DNA from: Candidatus Dojkabacteria bacterium
GTDB taxonomy: Bacteria; Patescibacteriota; Dojkabacteria; SC72
NCBI GenBank assembly: GCA_012513575.1
Contig: JAAZBX010000004.1
Coordinates: 11,481 to 75,480, forward strand
Direction: 5' to 3'
Length of the DNA: 64,000 bases
The position numbers were made by a program, and so were the translations under genes. Shown piece after piece: positions 19,516 through 30,132 of the stretch. Numbering within the stretch: the first letter of the stretch is position 1; the number at the start of each line of letters is the position of its first letter. The notes beneath the pieces are model-generated. The model worked only from the letters and a program-made list of their open reading frames with translations. It was not told the origin of the DNA and made no database searches.

Positions 19516-21335
19516 TGAAAGACAAAAAGGATAAAAAAGAGGGACTTACTCCAAAAGAATTCTTTAAAACAATAGCATGGATCTTTAAGATTTATTTTAG
19601 AATCTCACCTTCAAATACTATCCTGGTTATTTTAACCCGCATTTTAAGAGACATTCGAGGACTTATTTACAGTTTTTTTTATGCAAAGATTATCGATCAA
19701 CTCATTAAGATTGCTGGAAGTGAAACGAAGGACTTTGAATCCTTAATCCCCTACCTAATTGGTCTTCTCGTTTACTTTATCTTTTCTGGATTAATAAATA
19801 ATATTAATCAATACGCATTTAGGAGCTTAAGACAATTATCAAGAGTCCAACTTGAAGAGATATTTGCCCAACACCTAAACTATTTGGGTATCCAAAATCT
19901 TGAAGACCCTGATGTTCAAAATCGTATTACCAGAGCTTCTCAGTGGCTACAAGATACCTTCCAAACATTAGTGGATACTGTGAATGTAATTTCAAATATG
20001 GTTCAGGTAATTGTATCTGGTGCAATTATTCTTTCATTCTTCCCACTTATGATTCCAATACTTTTAGTGTCTACGGTAATCAAATTCTTCCCTGATCAAC
20101 ATTTCATGAAGAAAGATTTTCATTGGCAAGTTGATAATTCCGAAAAAAGAAGAATCGCTTGGTCTAGTATTAATGTTGTACAGAGTTCAAGCGATCTACA
20201 AGAAATTAGCATTGTCGGAGGGTATAAATATTTCCAAGACAAGTTTCATTCTTTTTTTGACTGGTTTAACAGTGGTCTTTTAAAAATATATAAACAGAGA
20301 GAGATAGCTAATTTTTTTCTAGTTACTTTTGATTCTATTCTCTCCGTATTCGGATATGCGGTAATATTTTACAAACATATAATGGGACAATTCACATTGG
20401 GTACCGCATCATTTCAAATGCGTTCTCTAGACTCATTCTCGGGGGCATTGGACAGTATGTTGTCATCAATTACCCTAATGAATGAATTCTCCGTAAAGAT
20501 GAAGGATCTAATTACTCTTTTTGAGATGAAACCTGTAATTAAAGATGGCGACATTAAGTTACCATATCTTGATACTCCACCGACTATTGAATTTAAAAAT
20601 GTTTGGTTTAAATATCCAAAGGCGAACAAATATGTGTTTAAGAATTTAAGTTTTAAAATAGAGAGTGGAGAAGAAGTTGCACTGGTGGGTCACAATGGAG
20701 CAGGAAAAACAACCATTGTTAAACTCCTTGCAAGAATTTACCCTGTAACCAAAGGTCAGATATTGATAAACGGAATTGATATAAACAAATTGGCTATAGA
20801 TGATTGGTATAAAAACCTGGGAGTTCTTTTTCAGGACTTCAACTTTTATTCACATCTCTCAGTTAAAGAAAATATCCATCTTGGGAAACCAACAAAAACA
20901 GCTGATGACAAAGAAATCATTGAGGCTGCGAGAAAGGCAGATGCTCACAATTTCATTATGGAATATAAGGACAAATATGACCAAATAATGTCTGAAAAGA
21001 TAGAAGGAGGTATAAGGCCTAGTTCTGGACAAGCTCAAAAAATTGCAATAGCTAGATTCTTCTACAGAAATGCTCCACTTGCTATCTTTGATGAGCCCAC
21101 AGCAGCCATTGATGCTATATCCGAATACAAAATATTCAATACTATTTATAATTTCTTTGAAAATAAAACTGTTGTAATAATATCCCACAGGTTTAGCACA
21201 GTAAGGAATGCAGACAGAATAATTGTCCTAGATAAAGGAAAAATTGTTGAGGAAGGAACTCACAAGCAATTACTAACTAAAAGAAATGGAATTTATCGAA
21301 AGTCATACAGATTACAGGCAGAGGGATATAAATAA
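19515..21335 (+). CDS. ABC exporter, fused permease/ATPase
   Basis: 6 TM; GHNGAGKTT, SSGQ, IFDEPTA, ISHRFST. Confidence 0.93.
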   Translation: MKDKKDKKEGLTPKEFFKTIAWIFKIYFRISPSNTILVILTRILRDIRGLIYSFFYAKIIDQLIKIAGSETKDFESLIPYLIGLLVYFIFSGLINNINQYAFRSLRQLSRVQLEEIFAQHLNYLGIQNLEDPDVQNRITRASQWLQDTFQTLVDTVNVISNMVQVIVSGAIILSFFPLMIPILLVSTVIKFFPDQHFMKKDFHWQVDNSEKRRIAWSSINVVQSSSDLQEISIVGGYKYFQDKFHSFFDWFNSGLLKIYKQREIANFFLVTFDSILSVFGYAVIFYKHIMGQFTLGTASFQMRSLDSFSGALDSMLSSITLMNEFSVKMKDLITLFEMKPVIKDGDIKLPYLDTPPTIEFKNVWFKYPKANKYVFKNLSFKIESGEEVALVGHNGAGKTTIVKLLARIYPVTKGQILINGIDINKLAIDDWYKNLGVLFQDFNFYSHLSVKENIHLGKPTKTADDKEIIEAARKADAHNFIMEYKDKYDQIMSEKIEGGIRPSSGQAQKIAIARFFYRNAPLAIFDEPTAAIDAISEYKIFNTIYNFFENKTVVIISHRFSTVRNADRIIVLDKGKIVEEGTHKQLLTKRNGIYRKSYRLQAEGYK

Positions 21336-21339
21336 TTAA

Positions 21340-22152
21340 TTAACTACTTGCACTTGAATATTTCTTTACATTCCATCTCCAAACAAGTTTTGCGAGCAGT
21401 AAAATGAATAGACCTATACCCAAACTAATGACAAGATATCCATACCCTATTTCACCTCTGATAATATTTGCAGGGATAGTAGTAAGGAAAGCTATTGGTA
21501 GAACTGTATAGAAAATCGCTTTTAAGTTGTCTCCAAAAACATCAATTGGATATTTCGTCAGACCTAATAATTCTTTAGCAATTGAGAGAACTCCATTCCT
21601 AGGATTAGAGATAGTAAAACTTGCGAAGAACAGATAGATTGAGTACCAAATTAATAATGAGATAAAAATAGCAACTAATCCAACCAGAATATTAATTAAA
21701 GAAATATTTCCAAATTCAGCAATAATGTAGTAAAAGATTAGTGTTAACCCTGATAAAGCAGTAATAAAATTGTTAATAAAGAAATCGGAGAAAGATGCAT
21801 ACCATGATGAGGATAGAGGTTTAAGTAAAATATAATCAAATTTACCATCTAAAACCTTTGATTCTAGATATAACAAATTCGTTGAGAATAGTGACCAACC
21901 CAAATAATTAAGAAGATTCCATATACCAACAACTAAATATGCTTCCGATTTACTCCACCCCACATAAAGCTCCTTATCACCAAATAGTATACTTAGAAAA
22001 AATATTTGTATTCCTAACACTAATATTGTTCTTAAGACCCTAACGAGAACATCGGTTTTGTATAGATAACTTCGTTTAAGGCCACCTCTTACAACCTGTC
22101 TCCAAACTTTAAAATAGTATATTATATTTCTCCTAGATTCCTTCGGCTTCAT
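21340..22152 (-). CDS. ABC-2 family (DUF990-like) permease
   Basis: GKFDYILLKP, YP..F, LP.AF...PA. Confidence 0.85.
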   Translation of the reverse strand: MKPKESRRNIIYYFKVWRQVVRGGLKRSYLYKTDVLVRVLRTILVLGIQIFFLSILFGDKELYVGWSKSEAYLVVGIWNLLNYLGWSLFSTNLLYLESKVLDGKFDYILLKPLSSSWYASFSDFFINNFITALSGLTLIFYYIIAEFGNISLINILVGLVAIFISLLIWYSIYLFFASFTISNPRNGVLSIAKELLGLTKYPIDVFGDNLKAIFYTVLPIAFLTTIPANIIRGEIGYGYLVISLGIGLFILLLAKLVWRWNVKKYSSASS

Positions 22153-22945
22153 ACTTTTTAATGGCTTTCTTGTAAATAATCTTATACAACACAAATAGGA
22201 TTAATAACCATATAAAACCCAAAATAAATCCCTGCTCTTTTTCATAATCATTTACTCTCCCAATAATTAATTCTACTGGAAATGACAAAGTATACCTGAA
22301 TGGTAATACTTCAAAGAGGAATTTTCCTATTTCTGGAAGAAAAATTGAGGGTACAAATTCTCCTGACAAAAGTGATGCAATATTGTAATAAAGAATTCTT
22401 ATCCCATCCATTTCTTTGATTTTAAAAGAAAACAAACAAACTATGTTTCCTAACAAAAAAGAAATTCCAAATCCAAGAATAATAGCTATCAGTGAGAGGA
22501 AGATCAGATAGGGGTTGAAATCTACTATCCAAAGATTATTTATTCTCGCGAAGTATATTGCTCCAATAAAAGAGGGAAGAAAAAGTACTATCCTCAAAAT
22601 ATTACCTCCTATATTAGTCCCTAGATACTCAAGAAGATAGCTATATGGTTTAACCAAAAAATTCGAAAATCTCCCATCAAGTATATTTCTAATTCCGTGT
22701 TCAAGAGTAAAGTCAGAAGTAAATTTACTAACAAACATAATTAAAATGTAGTAGGAAACAATATATTCTTGATTACCTATTCCCTTTGTATTTGATGCTG
22801 CAAGCCAAATAAAACAAAGACCTACTATCTTAATTGCGTCAGCAATTATCCATGCCAGCATCTGCCCTTTGTATTGAGATTCTCTTTTAAAATACATCTG
22901 TATTTCTCTACTTAGTATCTTTTTGTTTTGTTTCCTGTCTTTCAT
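22133..22945 (-). CDS. ABC-2 family (DUF990-like) permease
   Basis: I.DG.FS.FL.KP, LSG...P, LPFRY...FP. Confidence 0.85.
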   Translation of the reverse strand: MKDRKQNKKILSREIQMYFKRESQYKGQMLAWIIADAIKIVGLCFIWLAASNTKGIGNQEYIVSYYILIMFVSKFTSDFTLEHGIRNILDGRFSNFLVKPYSYLLEYLGTNIGGNILRIVLFLPSFIGAIYFARINNLWIVDFNPYLIFLSLIAIILGFGISFLLGNIVCLFSFKIKEMDGIRILYYNIASLLSGEFVPSIFLPEIGKFLFEVLPFRYTLSFPVELIIGRVNDYEKEQGFILGFIWLLILFVLYKIIYKKAIKKYEAEGI

Positions 22946-23282
22946 TTTCTAGCTGTTTTACTTTCCACATAAATAATTTGAACTTATTCTGAGCATTAGG
23001 GTAATCAGAAACAAATCTCAAAGCAGTTTCAAGTATTGCTCTGGGTTTAGTTTTTGCCCATTTAATATACATTGTTATCCTTTTCTTATCGTCTAATTTC
23101 CCAGCTATTCTTAATCCAAACCTTTGATATTCTGTTGTTACATACTTCCCCTTGTCTCCAAATATTTTCTTAGGATTTGTTTGTAATAGGTTTACATCAA
23201 AAAGCTCTTGTTGAGAATCTTTCTTTTTTTCTTGGGGAATATTTGTTTTTAACTGAGAGAGAATATCCTTTACTGAGTCCAT
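22908..23282 (-). CDS. Hypothetical basic helical protein
   Basis: Clean ORF overlapping the next gene; extended -10 (TGaTATACT) 6 nt before the ATG. Confidence 0.7.
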   Translation of the reverse strand: MDSVKDILSQLKTNIPQEKKKDSQQELFDVNLLQTNPKKIFGDKGKYVTTEYQRFGLRIAGKLDDKKRITMYIKWAKTKPRAILETALRFVSDYPNAQNKFKLFMWKVKQLENERQETKQKDTK

Positions 23283-23318
23283 ACCATGAGTATATCACCT
23301 AAGGTATACGATTCTCTA

Positions 23319-24848
23319 TCACTTCTTCTTTTTTTCAAACTTCACTCTCCCCTTGTATATCTCCTTTGTGGAATTCTCTGTCTCATGTCTCATCTGTGGG
23401 AAGAAAGTCCCCTCTCTTGCTGTAACATTTTCCATAAACCAAAATACTCTTTCGCTATGTCCATATCCACTTACAGGAGGCATCCCATACTCCAACATTT
23501 CTACAAAATCAATATCTAACATATGTGCCTCATCATCTCCTCCCTCTCTAAGTTTCTGCTGGTCTAAAAATCTTTCCAATTGATCCTGTGGGTCATTAAT
23601 CTCAGAGTATCCATTACCCAATTCACTTCCTGCAATAATTACCTGAAATCTCTGTGTCAATTCCTTATTATCTTCATGGGATTTTGCTAAGGGAGAAATG
23701 AATTTTGGTTGATTAACTAAAAAGGCCGGTCCAGATATTGTCGCCCTTATACTTTTCCAAAGAGTATCTATCATCCTATTTCTGTTCACCTCACCACCCA
23801 TTTCAATATTCTTTTCCTTAATTACTTTTAATATCTTCTCATCACTATCATTAAAGATATCAATATCAAAATGCTCCTTCATCAAATTAGAGTAATCTAG
23901 CTCTTCCCATTCATCTGCCAAATCATACTTATGTCCTCTTGTTTCAAAATCAGTTTTTCCATAGACTTTTCTTGCAATCTCTAAAAACAAATTTTTAACT
24001 AATTTCATATTGTCTTTGTAATCCGCATATGCCCAATACCACTCAATATCGTAGAATTCTTGAAGATGCTCGTCGTCCATACCCTCATTTCGGAAATGTG
24101 GTCCGAAGGTATATATCTTCTCAAATCCTCCACCAATTAATCTCTTCTGGTATAGTTCAGTAGAAATTCTAAGATAGAAATCTTGATCCAAAGCATTATG
24201 ATGTGTGATAAAAGGCTTTGCATCTGCCCCACCAGTTACTGCTTCCATGATAGGTACTTCCACTTCCATAAAGCCTTCCTTTTTTAAAAATTCCCTTTGT
24301 ACTTGCCAAAATTTCGATTTTCTTTCAAACATCCTTACAGATTCGGGATGAATAACCAAGTCTAAATACCTTCTTCTGTACCTTTGCTCCTTATTTTCCA
24401 ACTCTCTTGGTATTGGGCGGATTGCCTTAGTAAGCAACCTCACATTCTTTACCATCAATGAAACCTGCCCAGTCTTCGTTTTACCAACTACTCCGTATGC
24501 TTCTATAAAATCTCCAATGTCTAACAATTGAAGATTATCCCAACCTAAATATCCATTTTTCAAATCCTTAACTAAATCATCTTTTCTAATCATCAATTGG
24601 ATACTTCCAGTTTGTTCAAGGATATTTGCAAAAATTAGCTTTCCATGCTCTCTCCAAGCAATTAATCTTCCGGCCAATACTGTTTCATCCCCATCAAACT
24701 TCTCAAAATCCTCTAAAACATCTCCAATACTGTCTTTTCGAAAGGATTTTGATGGATATGGATTAATTCCAAGTTTAACAAGCTGTTGTAATTTTTGAAT
24801 TCTTAAATCTCTTTGACCAACAAGATCGCTAGTTACCTTCTCTTCCAT
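23319..24848 (-). CDS. lysS: Lysine--tRNA ligase (class II)
   Basis: RYRRRYLDL, GGADAKPF.THHNAL, FRNEG, YGMPP. Confidence 0.98.
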   Translation of the reverse strand: MEEKVTSDLVGQRDLRIQKLQQLVKLGINPYPSKSFRKDSIGDVLEDFEKFDGDETVLAGRLIAWREHGKLIFANILEQTGSIQLMIRKDDLVKDLKNGYLGWDNLQLLDIGDFIEAYGVVGKTKTGQVSLMVKNVRLLTKAIRPIPRELENKEQRYRRRYLDLVIHPESVRMFERKSKFWQVQREFLKKEGFMEVEVPIMEAVTGGADAKPFITHHNALDQDFYLRISTELYQKRLIGGGFEKIYTFGPHFRNEGMDDEHLQEFYDIEWYWAYADYKDNMKLVKNLFLEIARKVYGKTDFETRGHKYDLADEWEELDYSNLMKEHFDIDIFNDSDEKILKVIKEKNIEMGGEVNRNRMIDTLWKSIRATISGPAFLVNQPKFISPLAKSHEDNKELTQRFQVIIAGSELGNGYSEINDPQDQLERFLDQQKLREGGDDEAHMLDIDFVEMLEYGMPPVSGYGHSERVFWFMENVTAREGTFFPQMRHETENSTKEIYKGRVKFEKKKK

Positions 24849-24906
24849 AAGGATAGTAATGATATTAAAGTTACATGATTATATCACAAACAGTTTGAAT
24901 AACTCT

Positions 24907-25887
24907 CTACTCATGAATAAGGACTATATCTCCTTTTTCGAAATTCTCATAAAGGTACTTCGCATCTGCAACTACCATTCTAATACATCCTGTACTTTTC
25001 CTTTGTCCAATATTTGTTTCTGGCTCTATCCATCTTCCTCCATCTTCAGTTTTCATCCAAATCAAACCGTGTAGTCCATACCAGGAATTTTGCTTTTTAC
25101 TGTAGTAAAAAGCCATCCAGTACGGCATATATTTTCCTCCAGGAGCAATTGGTTCCATTCCTTTATCAACGATTGGGAACACTCCATATACTTGCCAACC
25201 ATACTTAGGACCAGAAAGTAATATTTCCTTCTCAATTTTCCCACCCTTCCAGACATACAATCTCTGTTGAGAGTTATCTACTTCAATATATTTTTGTGCA
25301 TATTTACCATCTGTACCAGCAGTAATTTTATAATCTAAATCAATCCAAATGTTGTTAAAATTACTTATAAACGAGCTGTTTACTTTGTCATAAATATTGG
25401 AGTAGTTAATTTCTTCATCAGCTAATTTGGATACAAACTCACCTTTACTGCTTTTTACAACAACTGTTTGTCCATATTTTTCTTGGAAAAATGGTTTAAT
25501 TTTCTCCTCTAGATACTTTTCAAATCTTTCTTTGTCTAAAGCACCATTTTCAATCATTGGCTGAACCTCTTCATCGTAGATATAGTAACAAAGTTTGTCT
25601 TTGCATATATTTATCGTATACACAGGAGAACCAATAGCCAGTTTTGAGACGCCCTTAACTTCTTGCTCTGCACTTTTCTCTTCTTCCAAAACTGTATCAA
25701 TTTCTGTTTTCTCTTCTACTTTAACCTCTTCTGTTTGAACTCCAAGTATTTCGCTTGTTGATACAGGAGTCTTAGTTTTGCCATAGGTTAGTACTATTAC
25801 AGGGATAGCAATTATCCATATTCCTAGAACAGCAAATAGCAACCAAGAGGGAATAACAAATTCGTTTTTTTGATTTTGTTCTTGCAT
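24907..25887 (-). CDS. Membrane-anchored L,D-transpeptidase (YkuD domain)
   Basis: YIEVD.SQQRLY, GLHG...STGCIRM. Confidence 0.9.
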   Translation of the reverse strand: MQEQNQKNEFVIPSWLLFAVLGIWIIAIPVIVLTYGKTKTPVSTSEILGVQTEEVKVEEKTEIDTVLEEEKSAEQEVKGVSKLAIGSPVYTINICKDKLCYYIYDEEVQPMIENGALDKERFEKYLEEKIKPFFQEKYGQTVVVKSSKGEFVSKLADEEINYSNIYDKVNSSFISNFNNIWIDLDYKITAGTDGKYAQKYIEVDNSQQRLYVWKGGKIEKEILLSGPKYGWQVYGVFPIVDKGMEPIAPGGKYMPYWMAFYYSKKQNSWYGLHGLIWMKTEDGGRWIEPETNIGQRKSTGCIRMVVADAKYLYENFEKGDIVLIHE

Positions 25888-25998
25888 ATATATAAATATA
25901 TTAGAATTAATTGAATATGGCAATCTTTTAAATAGATAATTCGCGAGAACCTTGATATAATGGCAGAATAGTTCACATGCCTCAGAAAAGAATCATAG

Positions 25999-26874
25999 AT
26001 GGAAGATACCAGTTTAGAATCAAATGAATATCAAGAGATAGAAGAAATCCCAGAGTTTTTTCAACCTGGATATGTTGAAAGAGTTGTTGATGCACTACCA
26101 TATTACTTCCCTAATTACCTTAAAGAAAGACTGAAGAGAGAACATCCTGATATACCTGTGACAACGAAAGAATCGAATAAGGGGGGAAGGGAATTACTCT
26201 ACCTGGATAGATTTATTCCCTATTATCGAGGAGCCCACCATCTTAACGAGATACTCGCCGAGAGTCTTACTTTATCTATACTTACAGAAATTAACGATTT
26301 TACAAAGACTAATACTCCATATATTGAGAATCTGTTTGAGCCTTTCCTCTCCGATTTTGGGAGAAACAACACAACATTTGAACTTATTCAACATATGCAA
26401 GTTGCTATGCTAAGTGGTGATTTTAGACAAACGAATAGATTCTTAAAAGAAAACTACCATATATCCCTTTATCAGGTCCTCTCATATTTAGATGCAAAAA
26501 TAAAAGACAAGATTTATCTATCCCAACAAAATGAGAAGGACAAATCTGTCGTGGTAGGGAGTTTTTATCCCTATGAGGGGAAAATATACATCAACCCATT
26601 ATATCAAGAGAATTTATCTTTGTGCTGGAAAATAGTAAACATCTCAAAAGTAAGCCTTAAGCTTGCCAGATTGAATTTCGCCTGGAAGGAAGCAAAAAGA
26701 GAAAGGGAAGAAATTCAACAATATGAGGAAGAAAAGAAAAAAGAGTATGCAACCATCGCTGGTATTGGCATACACGAGACAATACATTACCTATCATACG
26801 ATTCTCGAGAAGGAAGACTCGGATTTGCCTTTAATAATCAATCTGACCTATACAGACTCTCTAAAACCTACTAA
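25999..26874 (+). CDS. Hypothetical protein with C-terminal HExxH motif, possibly a truncated metallopeptidase
   Basis: G.F.P..GKIYIN and IHETIH; stop about 30 aa later. Confidence 0.55.
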   Translation: MEDTSLESNEYQEIEEIPEFFQPGYVERVVDALPYYFPNYLKERLKREHPDIPVTTKESNKGGRELLYLDRFIPYYRGAHHLNEILAESLTLSILTEINDFTKTNTPYIENLFEPFLSDFGRNNTTFELIQHMQVAMLSGDFRQTNRFLKENYHISLYQVLSYLDAKIKDKIYLSQQNEKDKSVVVGSFYPYEGKIYINPLYQENLSLCWKIVNISKVSLKLARLNFAWKEAKREREEIQQYEEEKKKEYATIAGIGIHETIHYLSYDSREGRLGFAFNNQSDLYRLSKTY

Positions 26875-26909
26875 TACCCAAACTCTAAATATTCATATAT
26901 AATCAAAAC

Positions 26910-28205
26910 ATGGGAAATCAAAAATTACTAGAAAATGTAGTAGCTCTTTCTAAAAGAAGAGGAATAATATATCAAAATTCAGAAATCTATGGTGGAATAG
27001 GCGGTTTCTACGATTACGGACCCGTTGGTGTTGAAATGTTAAACAATCTCAAAAGATACTGGTGGAAAGATATTGTGGATAAAAGAGAAAATGTTGTAGG
27101 AATTGATGGTTCAATAATTACACATCCCAAAGTTTGGGAGGCATCAGGGCATGTACAGAATTTTGGAGACGAAGTTGTCGAGTGTAAAAAATGTCATCAA
27201 AGATTTAGGCCAGAAGATATTGATAAAAAGTGCCCAAACTGTGGTGGTACTGAGTTTACAGAACCAAGATCTTACAATCTTCTTTTTCAAACTGAAATTG
27301 GAGTAATAGATGGATCAAAGATGAAAGCATATTTAAGAGGAGAAGCATGCCAAAATATCTATCTTGATTACAAAAACGTATTAGATAGTACAAGACAGCA
27401 ATTACCCTTTGGTATTGCACAAATAGGGAAAGCTTTTAGAAATGAAGTCACTCCAGGGAAATTCACATTTAGAACTAGGGAATTCGAACAGTGGGACTTA
27501 CAATTCTTTACAAATCCAAAAGAGATGACCAAATGGTTTGAGTATTGGAAAGAAGAAAGGATGAAATTCTACAAATCTCTTTACAACAAAAAAGAGAATC
27601 TTAGATTCTATCAGCATCCAAAGGAGAAGTTGGCCTTCTATGCTAAAGATGCATACGATATTGAATACCTTGCTCCTTGGGGCTGGGCAGAGAATGAAGG
27701 AATCCATTGGAGAGGTGATTATGATTTATCCCAACATATGAAGTTCTCTGGCGCTGATTTGACATACAGAGACCCAATTACAAATGAAAGCTTTATACCA
27801 AATATCGTTGAAACATCTGGAGGATTAACAAGAACATTTCTCTACCTTCTTTTGGATGCGTATGAGGAAGAAGATTTGGGGAATGGAAATACTCGAGTAG
27901 TACTCAAAATTCATAAGGATATTGCCGCTTACAAAGCAGCAATATTCCCACTTGTTGGGAACAAGGAGGAAATAGTGAACAAAGCCAGAGATATATTTGG
28001 AATGCTTACAGACTCATACAAAGTAGTTTGGGATGGAAGAGGAAATATTGGAAAAAGATACAGATACCAAGACGAAATTGGAACTCCATACTGCATTACC
28101 ATTGATTACGAAACCCTAGAAAACAATACTGTTACTGTCAGAGACAGAGACACAATGAAACAACAAAGAGTAAAGATAGAAGATTTAGATGAAGTAATTA
28201 GTTAA
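26910..28205 (+). CDS. glyQS: Glycine--tRNA ligase (alpha2 homodimeric type)
   Basis: SEIYGG..GFYDYGP.G, QIGKAFRNE, FRTREFEQ, IGKRYR.QDEIGTP. Confidence 0.97.
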   Translation: MGNQKLLENVVALSKRRGIIYQNSEIYGGIGGFYDYGPVGVEMLNNLKRYWWKDIVDKRENVVGIDGSIITHPKVWEASGHVQNFGDEVVECKKCHQRFRPEDIDKKCPNCGGTEFTEPRSYNLLFQTEIGVIDGSKMKAYLRGEACQNIYLDYKNVLDSTRQQLPFGIAQIGKAFRNEVTPGKFTFRTREFEQWDLQFFTNPKEMTKWFEYWKEERMKFYKSLYNKKENLRFYQHPKEKLAFYAKDAYDIEYLAPWGWAENEGIHWRGDYDLSQHMKFSGADLTYRDPITNESFIPNIVETSGGLTRTFLYLLLDAYEEEDLGNGNTRVVLKIHKDIAAYKAAIFPLVGNKEEIVNKARDIFGMLTDSYKVVWDGRGNIGKRYRYQDEIGTPYCITIDYETLENNTVTVRDRDTMKQQRVKIEDLDEVIS

Positions 28206-28666
28206 CAAACATCCAGTATCTCGTACTTAATCTTCTTCTCACCGACCTCTATTTCAACTATATCTCCCTTTTTTGCTCTTATAAAAGCCCTCCCAACTGG
28301 AGAATTATCAGAAATCTTGTTCTTCAAGGGATCTGCCTCAACATTTGATACAATTGTATATGTTACTACCTTCCCATTTGCTCTAGCCTTCACTTCTGAG
28401 CCAATCTGTATTTTACTCTTACAAGAAGTTTTCTTTATTATTTTAGCATTTGAAATCATTTCTTTTGTCTCACTAATCTCTTCATCAATATTTTGTATCT
28501 CTGAAGTAACTGCATTGATTGCATCAGTATCTTCACTAACATCGCTTAATCTCGCCTGCTCAAGATTCTTAACGAATTCTTTCTTTGTCTTTTTAAGCTT
28601 TAAAAGCTTCTCCTTTAGCTCAAGATACATATCTTGAGAAATAATAATATCATTGTTCTTTTTCAT
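28202..28666 (-). CDS. GreA/GreB-family factor (divergent paralogue)
   Basis: Coiled coil with SDVSED tip; EADP..KIS..SPVG.A. Confidence 0.85.
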   Translation of the reverse strand: MKKNNDIIISQDMYLELKEKLLKLKKTKKEFVKNLEQARLSDVSEDTDAINAVTSEIQNIDEEISETKEMISNAKIIKKTSCKSKIQIGSEVKARANGKVVTYTIVSNVEADPLKNKISDNSPVGRAFIRAKKGDIVEIEVGEKKIKYEILDVC

Positions 28667-28724
28667 ATTAACATCAAAAACAAATAAAATACTATGAGAA
28701 AATTACTTATTTGATAACTAAGGA

Positions 28725-29372
28725 TTATACCATTTTTTGACTATTCTTTCGAAATTTTTCAATCTCTTTATGATTCCCTGAAAGAAGTACTTCTGGAACC
28801 TTCCAGCCATTAAATTCTTCTGGTTTGGTATATTGCGGGAAGTCATATAAATCATTTGTAAAACTCTCTGTTTCCAGTGATTGCTCATTTCCTAATACTC
28901 CTGGAAGAAGTCTAGTAATACTATCCACAAGGATTAGTGCTGGCAACTCCCCTCCTGAAAGAACATACTCTCCAACAGAAAATTCGTAATTGACTAAGTT
29001 ATCATGAATTCTTTGATCAAACCCCTCATACCTTCCACAAAGAATAATCATATGCAAATCCTTTTTGTTTGAGAAACTCAATACTTTTTTTTGAACTAAT
29101 TTCTCACCTTTTGGCGTAGTTATTGCAACGATAGTATTTTTCTTTTTCAATTCTTTAATTGCCCTATAGATTGGTTCTACTTTCATTATCATTCCAGGAC
29201 CACCACCATACGGTGTGTCATCCACTGTTTTATGCCTATCATCAGTCCATCTTCTCAAGTCATGTACATTGATTTCAACAAGATCCTTCTTCTTAGCAAT
29301 TCTAAGAATTCCAGTATTAATATATTCCTCAACTATATTGGGGAATATTGTTACTATATCAAACTTAATCAT
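28725..29372 (-). CDS. trmD: tRNA (guanine37-N1)-methyltransferase
   Basis: VDD.PYGGGPGM, CGRYEGFDQR, YVLSGGE. Confidence 0.98.
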   Translation of the reverse strand: MIKFDIVTIFPNIVEEYINTGILRIAKKKDLVEINVHDLRRWTDDRHKTVDDTPYGGGPGMIMKVEPIYRAIKELKKKNTIVAITTPKGEKLVQKKVLSFSNKKDLHMIILCGRYEGFDQRIHDNLVNYEFSVGEYVLSGGELPALILVDSITRLLPGVLGNEQSLETESFTNDLYDFPQYTKPEEFNGWKVPEVLLSGNHKEIEKFRKNSQKMV

Positions 29373-29456
29373 ATGGATATTATATATTTTCTATCAACAA
29401 ATTTCACCTACCAAATTACGCTTAATCCACATTTCCCAATGAGGGGAATCTTGTAA

Positions 29457-29531
29457 TGGTACCGCTACGGGGAATCGAACCCCGATTGTAGGATTGAGAA
29501 TCCTATGTCCTAACCGTTAGACGATAGCGGC
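29457..29531 (-). tRNA. tRNA-Glu(CTC) with encoded CCA
   Basis: GCCGCTA acceptor stem, TAGGA-TT CTC AA-TCCTA, GGTTCGATT, 3' CCA. Confidence 0.95.
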
Positions 29532-29613
29532 ATTACTTAACCAAGTAATTCTATCATACTACACAACAAAGATGTTAATTATACTATTTTTCTACTCTTT
29601 TTGTCATATGGTC

Positions 29614-29642
29614 TTGACAACAAAATCCTCAGTGTATATTAT
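29614..29642 (+). promoter_or_regulatory. Sigma70 promoter of greA
   Basis: TTGACA-N17-TATTAT. Confidence 0.7.
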
Positions 29643-29670
29643 CAGTCGCATTTAAGTTAGCATTTACGAA

Positions 29671-30132
29671 ATGGATAGTACTGGAGATTTCTTGATAACA
29701 AAAGAAGGTTTAGAAAAACTTGAGACTGAACTCAAAGAGAGAGAGGGCAAGGTAAGAAAACATATTGCAAATACCCTTGATGAAATGAGAAATCAAGGAG
29801 ATTTGAGAGAAAACGATGCGTATTCAATGGCAATTGAAGAACAACATATTAATGAGGAGAGGATTCTTGAAATAAGGTTGAAGATAAAGAATGCAAAAGT
29901 TGTTAAAGATAGAGGAAAAGATACGGTAGGAGTCGGAGATACTGTTGTTTTGGAAGGCGAGAAGAAGCTTGAGTATCAACTGGTAAGTGAAGAAGAAACG
30001 AACCCTTTAGAAGGCAAAATTTCCTATCTCTCACCCATTGGGAAATCTGTAATGGGAAAGAAGATTGGAGAGAAGATTCAGATTGAGACCCCAAAGGGGA
30101 GCATATCTTACAAAATTGTTTCAATAGGCTAA
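29671..30132 (+). CDS. greA: Transcription elongation factor GreA
   Basis: T.EG..KL..EL, GDLREN.AY, KISYLSPIG. Confidence 0.92.
   Translation: MDSTGDFLITKEGLEKLETELKEREGKVRKHIANTLDEMRNQGDLRENDAYSMAIEEQHINEERILEIRLKIKNAKVVKDRGKDTVGVGDTVVLEGEKKLEYQLVSEEETNPLEGKISYLSPIGKSVMGKKIGEKIQIETPKGSISYKIVSIG

Noticed and set aside
21000-21060. ABC signature PSSGQ instead of LSGGQ
   Set aside because: Walker A/B and H-loop are intact; mild signature variation is common in fused exporters
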